Origin: a virus
Lineage: Duplodnaviria; Caudoviricetes
IMG/VR virus record: IMGVR_UViG_2834293421_000001
Location: 10,290-74,289 of that record
DNA length: 64,000 nt
Reading direction: 5' to 3' (one strand)
In this document: one piece after another, positions 48,679 to 58,473 of the stretch
Numbering within the stretch: position 1 is the first letter of the stretch
How the letters are laid out: each line of letters begins with the position of its first letter
The notes under the pieces: generated by a model
The model's input: the letters and a program-made list of their open reading frames with translations, nothing else
What the model was told of the DNA's origin: nothing
Databases searched by the model: none
Program-made: the position numbers and the translations under genes

Positions 48679-49848
48679 ATGTCAAAAGAATTATTAGAAT
48701 TAATGAATAAGATAAAAGCTCAAAAAGAATTAGTAAAGAATTTAGTTAATGAAAATAAAATAGATGAAGCAAAAGTAGCTAAAGAGGAATTAAAAAATTT
48801 AAGTGATAAATTTGACCTTCTTTATGATTTAGAAGCTGAAGCAGATGAAGCTGCTAAAGAAAATATAAAAAATAAAGCTAAAAAAACAGAAATATCAAAT
48901 TCTAAAAAAGAATCAAATGCTTTTGTAAATGCAATAAAAGCCAGATTAACAGAAAGTAATATAAGTGATGAAGATAAAACTATATTAAATCAAATGAGCG
49001 AAGGAAGTCCTGCTGATGGAGGATTAACTGTTCCTAAAGATATGAGAACAGAAATAAAAGAACTTAGAAGAGGTGAAGATTCATTAGAAGAATTAGTAAA
49101 TGTTGAGCCAGTAACAACTTTAAGTGGATCTAGAGTTATAGAAGTAAGTGCAGAAGAAACTCCATTTGACAATATAGATGAAGCAGCAGATTTTCCGGAT
49201 GTAGAAACACCTAAATTTAAAAATATAGAATATAAAGTTAAGAAAAAAGGTGGAACGTTAAAAGTAACTAGGGAGTTAATTCAAGACTCATCAGAAAATA
49301 TAAAAGCATATTTAAAAAGATGGATTGCTAAAAAATCTAAAGTTACAAGAAACTTTTTAATATTAAAGAAAGCTGATGAAATGACAAAGGGAAAAGAAAA
49401 AGATGTTGCTACTTTAGATGATTTAAAAGATATATTTAATGTATCTCTTGACCCAGCTATAGCTTTAACTTCCAAAGTTATAACTAATCAAGATGGATAT
49501 AATTTTCTTGATAAATTAAAAGATTCAGATGGAAAGTATATACTTCAACCAGACCCAACACAACCAACAAGAAAACTATTATTTGGGACTTACCCAATTA
49601 GAAAACTTTCTAATAAAACATTAAAAACAACTGAAAATAAAGCTCCTATATATTGTGGAGATTTTAAAGAAGCTATAACTTTATTTGATAGAGAAACTCT
49701 TTCTGTAGAAATGAATACTCAAGGAGATTCTTATTGGAATAAAGATTTAGCAGGAATAAAAGTAAGAGAAAGATTAGATATAAATGATGTAGATTCAGAA
49801 GCTATAGTAAAAGGAGTTATAACTATAACATCAGGAAAAGCTAAATAA
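48679..49848 (+). CDS. Major capsid protein, HK97 family
   Basis: Coiled-coil delta domain, DGGLTVP, KDSDGKYIL, GDFK. Confidence 0.93.
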   Translation: MSKELLELMNKIKAQKELVKNLVNENKIDEAKVAKEELKNLSDKFDLLYDLEAEADEAAKENIKNKAKKTEISNSKKESNAFVNAIKARLTESNISDEDKTILNQMSEGSPADGGLTVPKDMRTEIKELRRGEDSLEELVNVEPVTTLSGSRVIEVSAEETPFDNIDEAADFPDVETPKFKNIEYKVKKKGGTLKVTRELIQDSSENIKAYLKRWIAKKSKVTRNFLILKKADEMTKGKEKDVATLDDLKDIFNVSLDPAIALTSKVITNQDGYNFLDKLKDSDGKYILQPDPTQPTRKLLFGTYPIRKLSNKTLKTTENKAPIYCGDFKEAITLFDRETLSVEMNTQGDSYWNKDLAGIKVRERLDINDVDSEAIVKGVITITSGKAK

Positions 49849-49982
49849 GTAAAAAATATATTTTAGACTAATAATACGTTGAAATTACAAGGTATTATTA
49901 GTCTATTAAAGTTTTTGAAACACCTTAGAATCGATTTAAATAGGTCGTTTTTTTAGCTATTTTTTAAGAAATGAGGGATTAA

Positions 49983-50258
49983 ATGATTCTAACTTTAGAA
50001 GAAGCTAAAAAGTTCTTAAAAGTAGATTTTGATGATGATGATGATGAAATTCAAGACTGTATAGAAGCAGCTGAGGAATATCTTAAAGATGCTACTGGAA
50101 AAGAATTTACTAGTGAAAATAAAAGAGCTAAAAGATATTGTAAAATATTAGTCAATGAATGGTACAAAGATAAAGGATTAATGGAAGAAGAAAAAAGGCA
50201 AAAAAGAGTGAGATTTTCACTACAAACTATCATGACTCAGTTAAAGTATGGTGATTAA
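49983..50258 (+). CDS. Head-tail connector (gp6-like)
   Basis: LEEAKKFLKVD...AAEEY. Confidence 0.88.
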   Translation: MILTLEEAKKFLKVDFDDDDDEIQDCIEAAEEYLKDATGKEFTSENKRAKRYCKILVNEWYKDKGLMEEEKRQKRVRFSLQTIMTQLKYGD

Positions 50259-50606
50259 ATGGCTGAATGTAGATTAACAGAAAGAATAAAAATAGAAAAA
50301 TTATCAGATTCAAATGAAACTAATGAAAATGGATTTGATGAAGAGGTTTGGAAGGAACACTATAAATGTTGGAGTGGCTATAAAAGAGTATCTGGAAAAG
50401 AATATATAGCTGCTAAAGCAAATAATAGTGAAAATATAGTTACATTTACAGTTAGATACTGTAAAAAAGTAAAAGAGTTACTAGATCCAGGAGCAAGTAA
50501 AATATTTAGAATAGAATATAAAGGTTTTTATTATGATATTTTAGATGTTTTAGACTTTGAAAATAGGCATGAATTTGTAGATATTAAAGCTAAAATAAAT
50601 TGTTAG
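50259..50606 (+). CDS. Head closure protein
   Basis: Position; FTVRY, YDI motifs. Confidence 0.85.
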   Translation: MAECRLTERIKIEKLSDSNETNENGFDEEVWKEHYKCWSGYKRVSGKEYIAAKANNSENIVTFTVRYCKKVKELLDPGASKIFRIEYKGFYYDILDVLDFENRHEFVDIKAKINC

Positions 50607-50657
50607 ATTTCCAATTATTACCTTTTAAGTTATAATATAGCTTGGAGGTGTTATGAC

Positions 50658-51455
50658 ATGAAAAAAACATTAATTTTAATGTTATCATTAATTTCAATAT
50701 TTATTTTAGTTGGTTGTAATAAAAAAATAACTACAGATGGTGAAAAAGTTACATCAGAAGATTTAGTAAAATCTATTAAAAAAGTGCATAATATAGAAAA
50801 TATAACTTTTTCAACATATTTAGAGCAATTATCTATTGAAATAAACTATAAAGATACTAATGCTAAAAATATAAGTAAAGAATTTAAAGAAAATGTTAAG
50901 AAAATTATAAATGATAATAAAAACTTAATATTAGATTATAAAGAAATAAAAAAAATAAAATTTATTCCTCTAATGGATAAGGATAACCTATTTTGTAGCG
51001 ATGTGTATAAAGTTGAAAATAATAAAATCTCTATGTACTTAGATGATGTTAATGAAGAAAGTATTCAACACGGGCTTGATGTCCTAAGCGGGAAAATTAA
51101 ATCAAATACTGAAAATACAACCCCTATTGAAAATAATAATACTAATGATGGTTCTGTTTCTGTTCCTCAAAGTGGAGAATTTAAGCCAGAGACATTAATA
51201 AATGACCTTAATATAGGAAATACAGGGTTAGAAAATTCTATTTTTGAAGTTAAAGAAAATAAAGGTAAAAAGGTAATATCAGTTGATTTACTTTATAAAA
51301 AAGATGCTTTAGTTAAAGGAATTGTTACAAAGATACAATTTTTACTTGAAAGAGCATTTAAAGATAGTGGATATGATATAGATTTATGTATATCTCAAAA
51401 ACATCCGATGGATTTATATAGATGTAAATATGTAGATGGTTCTTGGAGTGAATAA
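50658..51455 (+). CDS. Lipoprotein moron
   Basis: Lipobox LVGC; own TATAAT upstream, terminator 51458-51494. Confidence 0.8.
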   Translation: MKKTLILMLSLISIFILVGCNKKITTDGEKVTSEDLVKSIKKVHNIENITFSTYLEQLSIEINYKDTNAKNISKEFKENVKKIINDNKNLILDYKEIKKIKFIPLMDKDNLFCSDVYKVENNKISMYLDDVNEESIQHGLDVLSGKIKSNTENTTPIENNNTNDGSVSVPQSGEFKPETLINDLNIGNTGLENSIFEVKENKGKKVISVDLLYKKDALVKGIVTKIQFLLERAFKDSGYDIDLCISQKHPMDLYRCKYVDGSWSE

Positions 51456-51505
51456 AATAAAAGGTATAAGCCTAAAGCTTATGCCTTTTTTATTTGGAGG
51501 TGTAT

Positions 51506-51868
51506 ATGTCAAGTACTATAGAACTTGAGGGATATGAAGAGTTTGAAGAATATGTAAAAAATATGGCTTTAGATACAGTTATAAAAAGGCAAGCCGTAAG
51601 GTCAGGTATAAAAGTAATTGGAGAAGGGTTAGAAAATGATACTCCAGTAGGACCAACAGGAGAACTTGCTGAAATTAAAATATCTGTTAAAGAAAATGCC
51701 CTAGCAACAGAAGGAACTGCAAAAAGTAAAGCCTTCTATGATATATTTCAAGAGTATGGTACAAGTGAACAAAAGGCTCATGTAGGCTATTTTGATAGAA
51801 GTGTTGAAGAAAACACAGAGGAAGCTATTTCAAAAGTAGCTCAAACGATATTTAGAAAGATGGGGTGA
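51506..51868 (+). CDS. HK97 gp10-like tail completion protein
   Basis: TPVxxTGEL, FQEYGT; ATG after GGAGG. Confidence 0.85.
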   Translation: MSSTIELEGYEEFEEYVKNMALDTVIKRQAVRSGIKVIGEGLENDTPVGPTGELAEIKISVKENALATEGTAKSKAFYDIFQEYGTSEQKAHVGYFDRSVEENTEEAISKVAQTIFRKMG

Positions 51869-51872
51869 TATT

Positions 51873-52256
51873 TTGGAAAGTAATATAAAAATAGATGCCT
51901 CGATTATAAAAAAGAAATTAAAAGAAGTTTTAAGTGATAAAGATATACTAGATTTAACAAGTGATAAAAAAGTATATTTTATTCATGCTAATAGTCCTAA
52001 ACCTCCATATATAGAGTATCAAGTTATTAGATCTAGAGGAAGTGAATATAGTGAAGGTAAAATAGACTATTTAAATCACTTAGTTCAAATTGATATTTTT
52101 AGTTTAGGAGATTATACAAACTTAGAAACAGTTATAGTTAATAAATTTATTAAAGCTGGATTTGAATACAATCCAGGAAGTCCAGATTTATATGAAGAAA
52201 AAACAGGATTATATCATAAACCTTTAAGATTTAACATTGATTTACCAACTAGCTAA
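51873..52256 (+). CDS. Tail terminator protein
   Basis: PYIEY, VQIDIFS, DLYE...YH. Confidence 0.8.
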   Translation: MESNIKIDASIIKKKLKEVLSDKDILDLTSDKKVYFIHANSPKPPYIEYQVIRSRGSEYSEGKIDYLNHLVQIDIFSLGDYTNLETVIVNKFIKAGFEYNPGSPDLYEEKTGLYHKPLRFNIDLPTS

Positions 52257-52300
52257 TCTAAGCTAGTTTTTTTATTTATAAAAGAAAGGGATGAAAGAAA

Positions 52301-52906
52301 ATGGCAGCACAAAGAATATTACCAGTTGTAAACGTAAGTAAGTTATATGTAGCTCACTTAAAAACTGAAACTGATGAGAGTATAACTTTTGATACTCCTA
52401 GATACTTAGAAGGTATTAAGCAAATAGGAATAAAACCAAAACAAAATAGTGATCCATATTATCATGAAGGAAGAAAAGTTTTAGAGGAACAAACTTTACA
52501 GGATGTAAAGGTAACTTTAAATATAACAGATTTATCAGATGCAGATGAATGTTATGTTATGGGGCATAAGTTAGCTAAAACAGGTGGAGTAATAAAAAAT
52601 GATAATGATATAGCTCCAACACTTGCTATTTTATATAAAGCAGAGAAGTCTCAAGGAATAGATAAATATGGAATACTATTCGCTGGAACATTTGGACTAT
52701 CCGATGAAGATTTAAAAGATAAGGAAGGTAAAGCAAACTTCCAAGCTAAGAAAATAGAGGCTAGTTTTAGACCTTTAATAAATGGATTATGGCAATACAA
52801 TGTATGTAGTGACTCACCTAACGTAACACCAGAGTTCTTAAAGAATTTCTTTAAACAAGTTACTGTACCTGAAGAAAAAACAGATGTAGTTAGTTCTGAA
52901 CATTAA
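52301..52906 (+). CDS. Major tail protein (phi13-like)
   Basis: Position, size, motifs. Confidence 0.85.
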   Translation: MAAQRILPVVNVSKLYVAHLKTETDESITFDTPRYLEGIKQIGIKPKQNSDPYYHEGRKVLEEQTLQDVKVTLNITDLSDADECYVMGHKLAKTGGVIKNDNDIAPTLAILYKAEKSQGIDKYGILFAGTFGLSDEDLKDKEGKANFQAKKIEASFRPLINGLWQYNVCSDSPNVTPEFLKNFFKQVTVPEEKTDVVSSEH

Positions 52907-52931
52907 TATAAATAATAGGGAGTGAATTTAA

Positions 52932-53297
52932 ATGAAAAGAAAATTTAAAATAGGAAATGAAAACTTAGATTTTGAAATGACAAATAAGACTATATTTGAT
53001 ATAGATGAAAGATTTGATAACTTTGGAGATGTAATAAATGGGGTTATGTACGGTAAAAACTTATATAATAATGCTTTAAAAGTTATGATATGTTCTTGTA
53101 CATCAAAAAGAGTTGATAAGGATGGGAATGAAAACCCATTAACTATAGATGAATTAAAAGAAAAATTAACTCCAAATCAAGTTATAGATGAAATAATACC
53201 CTTTGCAACAGATTTATATTTTGATTACAGAGGGGTTAAAACATCTGATACTACTACTGATGAAGATAAATCAGAAGATGAAAGTAAAAAAAAATAG
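52932..53297 (+). CDS. Tail assembly chaperone (gpG-like)
   Basis: Ends in A9 slippery run before TAG. Confidence 0.8.
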   Translation: MKRKFKIGNENLDFEMTNKTIFDIDERFDNFGDVINGVMYGKNLYNNALKVMICSCTSKRVDKDGNENPLTIDELKEKLTPNQVIDEIIPFATDLYFDYRGVKTSDTTTDEDKSEDESKKK

Positions 53298-53512
53298 ATT
53301 TTAGTGAAAAGCCATTTGATATAAATAGGCTTTTTTTTATTGCAAAAACAAAACTAAATTTCACAAGACAAGAGTTCTTCGATAGCACATTCAAAGAAAT
53401 TGTTATGTTAATCGGAGAACTCAATAAAGAACATGAAGAGCAATCTCAACCAGTTTCAGATGATGGATATGTTGAAAAAGTTGTGAGTATAGATGAAGTA
53501 CCTTTCCTATAG
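53286..53512 (+). CDS. -1 frameshift extension (gpGT-like)
   Basis: -1 frame open for 72 codons (IDFSEKPFDINRLFF...DEVPFL*), hairpin AAAAGCC...GGCTTTT downstream. Confidence 0.75.
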
Positions 53513-53530
53513 AAAGAGAAAGGAGTGTAA

Positions 53531-56500
53531 ATGAGTGATACAGAAAAACGAATAACCGCAAAGATGATACTTGATGATTCTGGATATTCCAGTACATTAA
53601 AAGGTATAAATTCAGAAATTAAAAATAATAAGAGTGAATTAAAAGCAGCTCAAAGTGGTTTAGAGGCATTTGGTAAATCTACAGAAGGTGTAAATAGAGT
53701 TCAAAGCTCATTACAAAAACAATTAGATTTACAAAATAAGAAGCTAGAAACTTATAAAAAAAGTGTTAAAGATGCTACTGAAACATTACAAGGCAATATA
53801 CATAAAAGAGATGAATTAGCAAAGTCTCTTTCGAAGGCTGAAAAAGCACATGAAAATGCTATAAAAAATTATGGTAAAGAAAGTAAGGAAGCTAAAGAAA
53901 CTGAAAAAGCCTTAGAAGAATTACAAAAAGAACATGATAAGCTAGATAGAACTGTAGAAAATAATGCTAAGACATTACAAAACTATGAAACTCAAATGAA
54001 TAAAGCAGAGGAAGAAGTAAATAAAGCTCAATCTGCAGTAAATAAATTCAATAGAGAAGTTGAAAATACTCATGGTGTAGGTAATGCATCTAAAAAGCTT
54101 GAAGATTTAGGAAATAACTTTAAAAAAGTAGGTAGTAAAGCTCAAGAGATAGGTGGAAAACTTACTACTCATGTTAGTTTACCTTTAACTGGAATAGGGG
54201 TAGCCGCCGCTCATGTAGGTATGGAATACGAAGCTCAAATGGATAAAGTAGCAGCTATTTCTGGTGCTACTGGAGATGACCTTAAAAAGTTAGAAAATAA
54301 GGCTCAAGAAATGGGAGCTAAAACTAAATTTAGTGCTGCGGAAGCAGGAGAAGGTATGGAGTATATGGCAATGGCTGGTTGGAAAACTGGTGATATGCTC
54401 GAAGGTATAGAACCTATACTAAATTTAGCAATTGCTTCTGGAGAAGAATTAGGGTCTACTTCTGATATTGTAACGGATGCATTAACAGGATTCGGATTAA
54501 AAGCTAAAGATGCTGGTATGTTTAGTGATGTATTAGCAGCTGCTTCATCTAATGCCAATACTAATGTTGGTATGATGGGAGAAACTTTTAAATATGCCGC
54601 TCCTGTAGCTGGTGCTTTAGGATATAGTGTTCAAGATACTTCTTTAGCTATAGGATTAATGGCTAATAGTGGTATTAAAGCAAGTCAAGCTGGTACTGCA
54701 CTTAGAGCAGGATTAACTAACTTAGTAAAGCCTACAGATAGTATGGCCGAAATGATGGAGAAGTATGGAATATCTGTAGAAAATAGTGATGGTAAGATGA
54801 AAAGATTTAGAGAAGTAATGTCTGACCTTAGAGAAAAAATGGGTGGTTTAGATGAAGCTACTCAAGCTAGTGCCGTTGCAACTATCTTTGGGAAGGAGGC
54901 CATGTCTGGATGGCTTTCAATTATAAATGCTAGTGAAGGAGATTTTAATAAATTAGCAAATGCTATAGACAACAGTGAAGGTGCTACTGCTAAAATGGCT
55001 AAAACTATGAGTGAAAATGCAAAGGGTAGTTTAGCAGAAATGAGAAGTGCTCTAGAAGGTGCAGCAATAAAAACTTTCCAAGCATTAGCTCCAGCTATAA
55101 CAAGTGTTGCTAGAGATATTACTAAATTAGCAAATAGCTTTACTAATTTAAGTCCTCATACTCAGGAATTTATAGTTAAAGTAGGAATGGCTGCTATTGC
55201 AATGGGACCTGTAACTAGTGGCTTAGGTCATGTAACAAGTGGGATAGGTGGCTTAATTGGAACTGTTGGAAAGTTTAAAGCATTAAAAGCAGCTGCTACG
55301 TTTAAAGATTTCTCAAAGATATTATTAGGACTTGCTCCAGCAGCAGAAACTGCAGGAGTTGGATTAGCAGGAGCAGAGGTTGCGGCTGGAGGATTTGGTG
55401 CTGCCGTTATAGGTTCTTTAGGACCAATTGCATTAGGTGTAGCTGCAGTAGCTGGAGTTGGATATGCAGGATACAAAGTTGCTGAACACTTAAATAAAAG
55501 TGCAACACCTGCATTAGATTTATTTGCAGATAAAGTTGAAGTTTCAAGAGATAAGTTTGGAAACTATGCACAAGCTACAGAAAAAGATGTAATTAAAATA
55601 TCTAAAGCAACAAAAGATAATGTTAAGTCATACTTAGAGTTAGATAAAAAAGCTAGTGAGTCTATGATGAATTTAAGAATGAACTCAGATAAATTCTCAA
55701 AAGAAGCAAAAGATACTGTGGTTAAAAACTTTACAGAAATGAGCAAAAAATCTAGTAGTCTATCGAAGGATCAAAGAGAAAAAATGACTGTAGATTTTAA
55801 AAAATTAGTTTCTGATACTGGAGTTTTAACTAGTAAGAATAAAGATGAAATAATAAAACAATATACTTCAATGGTTAATGGTACTAAAGGTTTAACTCAA
55901 AAACAAAAGGACCAAACTATAAAAGACTTTACAGACACATTAAATAAAAGTGTAGGATTATCAAAGAAACAATCTCAAGAAATGCAAAAAGTTTATACAG
56001 ACATGGCTACTAAAATTAAATCTGGTATAGATAAAAAAAGAGATGCAGAGTTAAAAAGTCAAAAAGATTTCTTCGCTAAATCAAATGCTCTTTCATCTAA
56101 AGAAGAAGCTCAAATTATAAAAGATACAGAAACGCATTGGAATGATAAAAAATCTAAAATAGATAAATATCAAAAACAAATAAATGACATTATTAAAAAG
56201 GCATCTGAAGAACATAGACAAATTACTGATAAAGAAGCGAAGTCTATAGATGAAATACAAAAGAAAATGAAAGAAGATGCAGTTAAAACTTTATCTGACA
56301 ATGAAGTTGAAGCTAAAGTTATACTTGAAAGAATGAAAGGTAATGATGAACATATAACTGCTGAAATGGCTTCTAATCATATAAAAGAATTAAATAGAGC
56401 TAGAGATAAAGCTATAGAAGCTGCTAATAGTGAGTGTGACAAAAGAATAGCTGAAATAATTAGAATGAGGGATGAAAGTAAAGTAATTAGTTCAGATCAA

Positions 56501-57055
56501 GCAGACAAACTTATTGCTGATGCTAAAAGGCAAAGAGACGATACTGTAAATGCAGCTAAGGAAACAAGAGATAAAGCAGTTAAAGAAATAACTTCTATGA
56601 ACTCAAAAATTACCAAAGATGTAGATACTACAACTGGTAAAGTTAAAAGTAAATGGGATAAATTAAAAGATGCATGGAATAGTGGATGGGGAAGTCTAGT
56701 TAAAAACTTCTTTGTAAATACATTCTTCCAAAGTCATGGTAAAAAGCCTGGAGAACACTGGACAGGTACATCACACTTTGAAGGTGGTTTAACATATCTT
56801 CATGAAAGAGGATATGAGTTATATGATTTACCTTCTGGAACTAAGGTATATAATCATGAATCAAGTGAGCAAATGGTTTTAGAAACTGCAAGACAAACTG
56901 CTCAAGGGGTTATAAATTCTATGATGAAAAATAAAGGTGATTCTGATGGAAATATTATAATACCTATTAGTATTGCAGGGGAAGAAATAGATAGAGTTGT
57001 AGTTCCAAGAGTTTCAAATAGACTTGCTTTAAATACAATGAGAAGAAGGAGGTAA
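53531..57055 (+). CDS. Tape measure protein (TP901 family)
   Basis: TKFSAxEA...MAMAGW core; coiled coils. Confidence 0.93.
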   Translation: MSDTEKRITAKMILDDSGYSSTLKGINSEIKNNKSELKAAQSGLEAFGKSTEGVNRVQSSLQKQLDLQNKKLETYKKSVKDATETLQGNIHKRDELAKSLSKAEKAHENAIKNYGKESKEAKETEKALEELQKEHDKLDRTVENNAKTLQNYETQMNKAEEEVNKAQSAVNKFNREVENTHGVGNASKKLEDLGNNFKKVGSKAQEIGGKLTTHVSLPLTGIGVAAAHVGMEYEAQMDKVAAISGATGDDLKKLENKAQEMGAKTKFSAAEAGEGMEYMAMAGWKTGDMLEGIEPILNLAIASGEELGSTSDIVTDALTGFGLKAKDAGMFSDVLAAASSNANTNVGMMGETFKYAAPVAGALGYSVQDTSLAIGLMANSGIKASQAGTALRAGLTNLVKPTDSMAEMMEKYGISVENSDGKMKRFREVMSDLREKMGGLDEATQASAVATIFGKEAMSGWLSIINASEGDFNKLANAIDNSEGATAKMAKTMSENAKGSLAEMRSALEGAAIKTFQALAPAITSVARDITKLANSFTNLSPHTQEFIVKVGMAAIAMGPVTSGLGHVTSGIGGLIGTVGKFKALKAAATFKDFSKILLGLAPAAETAGVGLAGAEVAAGGFGAAVIGSLGPIALGVAAVAGVGYAGYKVAEHLNKSATPALDLFADKVEVSRDKFGNYAQATEKDVIKISKATKDNVKSYLELDKKASESMMNLRMNSDKFSKEAKDTVVKNFTEMSKKSSSLSKDQREKMTVDFKKLVSDTGVLTSKNKDEIIKQYTSMVNGTKGLTQKQKDQTIKDFTDTLNKSVGLSKKQSQEMQKVYTDMATKIKSGIDKKRDAELKSQKDFFAKSNALSSKEEAQIIKDTETHWNDKKSKIDKYQKQINDIIKKASEEHRQITDKEAKSIDEIQKKMKEDAVKTLSDNEVEAKVILERMKGNDEHITAEMASNHIKELNRARDKAIEAANSECDKRIAEIIRMRDESKVISSDQADKLIADAKRQRDDTVNAAKETRDKAVKEITSMNSKITKDVDTTTGKVKSKWDKLKDAWNSGWGSLVKNFFVNTFFQSHGKKPGEHWTGTSHFEGGLTYLHERGYELYDLPSGTKVYNHESSEQMVLETARQTAQGVINSMMKNKGDSDGNIIIPISIAGEEIDRVVVPRVSNRLALNTMRRRR

Positions 57056-57058
57056 CAA

Positions 57059-57763
57059 ATGCTTGTAAACAATATAAATATAGAAAAGTTTAATGCTAGA
57101 GTTTTAGAAGTTAATATTCAAAACTCTAGCATTAATAATTTAAAAGACTTTGAAGGAAAAAACACATTGTTACCTCTTTTCTTTGATTCTAAAGTAGAGT
57201 TAAATTTAATTACTGTTACTCTTTTAGTAAACTCTTTAGATAAAAGACAGTATTATTTAGACAAAAGTAACTTATTAAGCAATATGGTAAAACCATTTGA
57301 AGTTTATTTTAAAGATAGAAACTTAAGATTTAAATGTATTTTAAATGGAAACTCAGATCAACCCAGTTTGAGGCAAATTAGAGGAAGATTACAATTAAGT
57401 TTTATAGGTTATAACATAGAAAATGAAGTAACTGAAACTATTACAAATGGAGTTTCAAGTAAAAATATAAACTGTCAAGGTAATACAAAAGTACCTGTAA
57501 TTTTAGAAATAACTCCTACTATAGATATGGTTGATTTAAAAATAACTGGATTAAGCGAAGATCCTTTTATTGTAAAGAACTTAAAGGGCAATAAAACTAT
57601 AGTTATAAATGGAATAGAGGGAACTGTTACACAAGATGGTATCAATAAATTTGATGATACTGATATGTGGGAGTTTCCTTTTTTAGTTCCGGGAGATAAT
57701 TTGATCACATTAAGTAAGAACACTTGCAATATAAAAATTAAATACAATCCAAGATTTATATAG
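57059..57763 (+). CDS. Distal tail protein
   Basis: Position; FPFLxPGxN motif. Confidence 0.8.
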   Translation: MLVNNINIEKFNARVLEVNIQNSSINNLKDFEGKNTLLPLFFDSKVELNLITVTLLVNSLDKRQYYLDKSNLLSNMVKPFEVYFKDRNLRFKCILNGNSDQPSLRQIRGRLQLSFIGYNIENEVTETITNGVSSKNINCQGNTKVPVILEITPTIDMVDLKITGLSEDPFIVKNLKGNKTIVINGIEGTVTQDGINKFDDTDMWEFPFLVPGDNLITLSKNTCNIKIKYNPRFI

Positions 57764-57768
57764 AAAGG

Positions 57769-58008
57769 ATGATACAAATGTTAAATACAAATAAAACAAT
57801 AAATATATCTGGAACATCATCAATAGATGGACAAGTAGTTGTTTATATGAGTGCTAGTTTAAGTACAGATGGAACTACTCAAGAAAACTTAAGCAAAACT
57901 GTACAAAATCAAGAAGCCTACAATAAAAATAAAGAAGCTATAAGAAAAGATATGAGAGACTTTGAAGATTTAGTATATGCAGAACAGGACAAGTTAGAAG
58001 CTAAGTAA
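57769..58008 (+). CDS. Phage hypothetical protein
   Basis: ORF with RBS in tail module. Confidence 0.7.
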   Translation: MIQMLNTNKTINISGTSSIDGQVVVYMSASLSTDGTTQENLSKTVQNQEAYNKNKEAIRKDMRDFEDLVYAEQDKLEAK

Positions 58009-58037
58009 AAATATATTTTAAAAGGGAGAGAAGTATT

Positions 58038-58433
58038 ATGAAATTACCATTAAGAAAATTAGTAAATGGATCACCACAATTAAGTAATATAGCATATAAA
58101 CAAGGCTTACCTTGTAAATTATCTTATGCTCTAGCTAAAAATATAAAGAAGATAGAAAGTGAGTTACAAATATATAACTCTGAAAGAGAAAAAATAATAG
58201 AAAAATACTGTGTTAAAGATGAAGATGGAAAATTGAAATTAAATAAAGATAATACATATGACATTAAAGAAGAATTTATAGATGTATGCAATAAAGAAAT
58301 AAATTCACTTTTAGATATAGAAGTTGATATAGATATTCATAAATTTAATATAAATGATTTATATAACAGTAATTGCGATATGTCTCCAGCAGAATTAATG
58401 GTTATAGACTATATGATAGATGAAGAAGAGTAA
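58038..58433 (+). CDS. Phage hypothetical protein (DUF1617-like)
   Basis: LPxKLSYAxxKN motif. Confidence 0.6.
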   Translation: MKLPLRKLVNGSPQLSNIAYKQGLPCKLSYALAKNIKKIESELQIYNSEREKIIEKYCVKDEDGKLKLNKDNTYDIKEEFIDVCNKEINSLLDIEVDIDIHKFNINDLYNSNCDMSPAELMVIDYMIDEEE

Positions 58434-58473
58434 TTGATTAGTTGAATTTAGTAAGAAAGGAGGGGAGCCTCTT

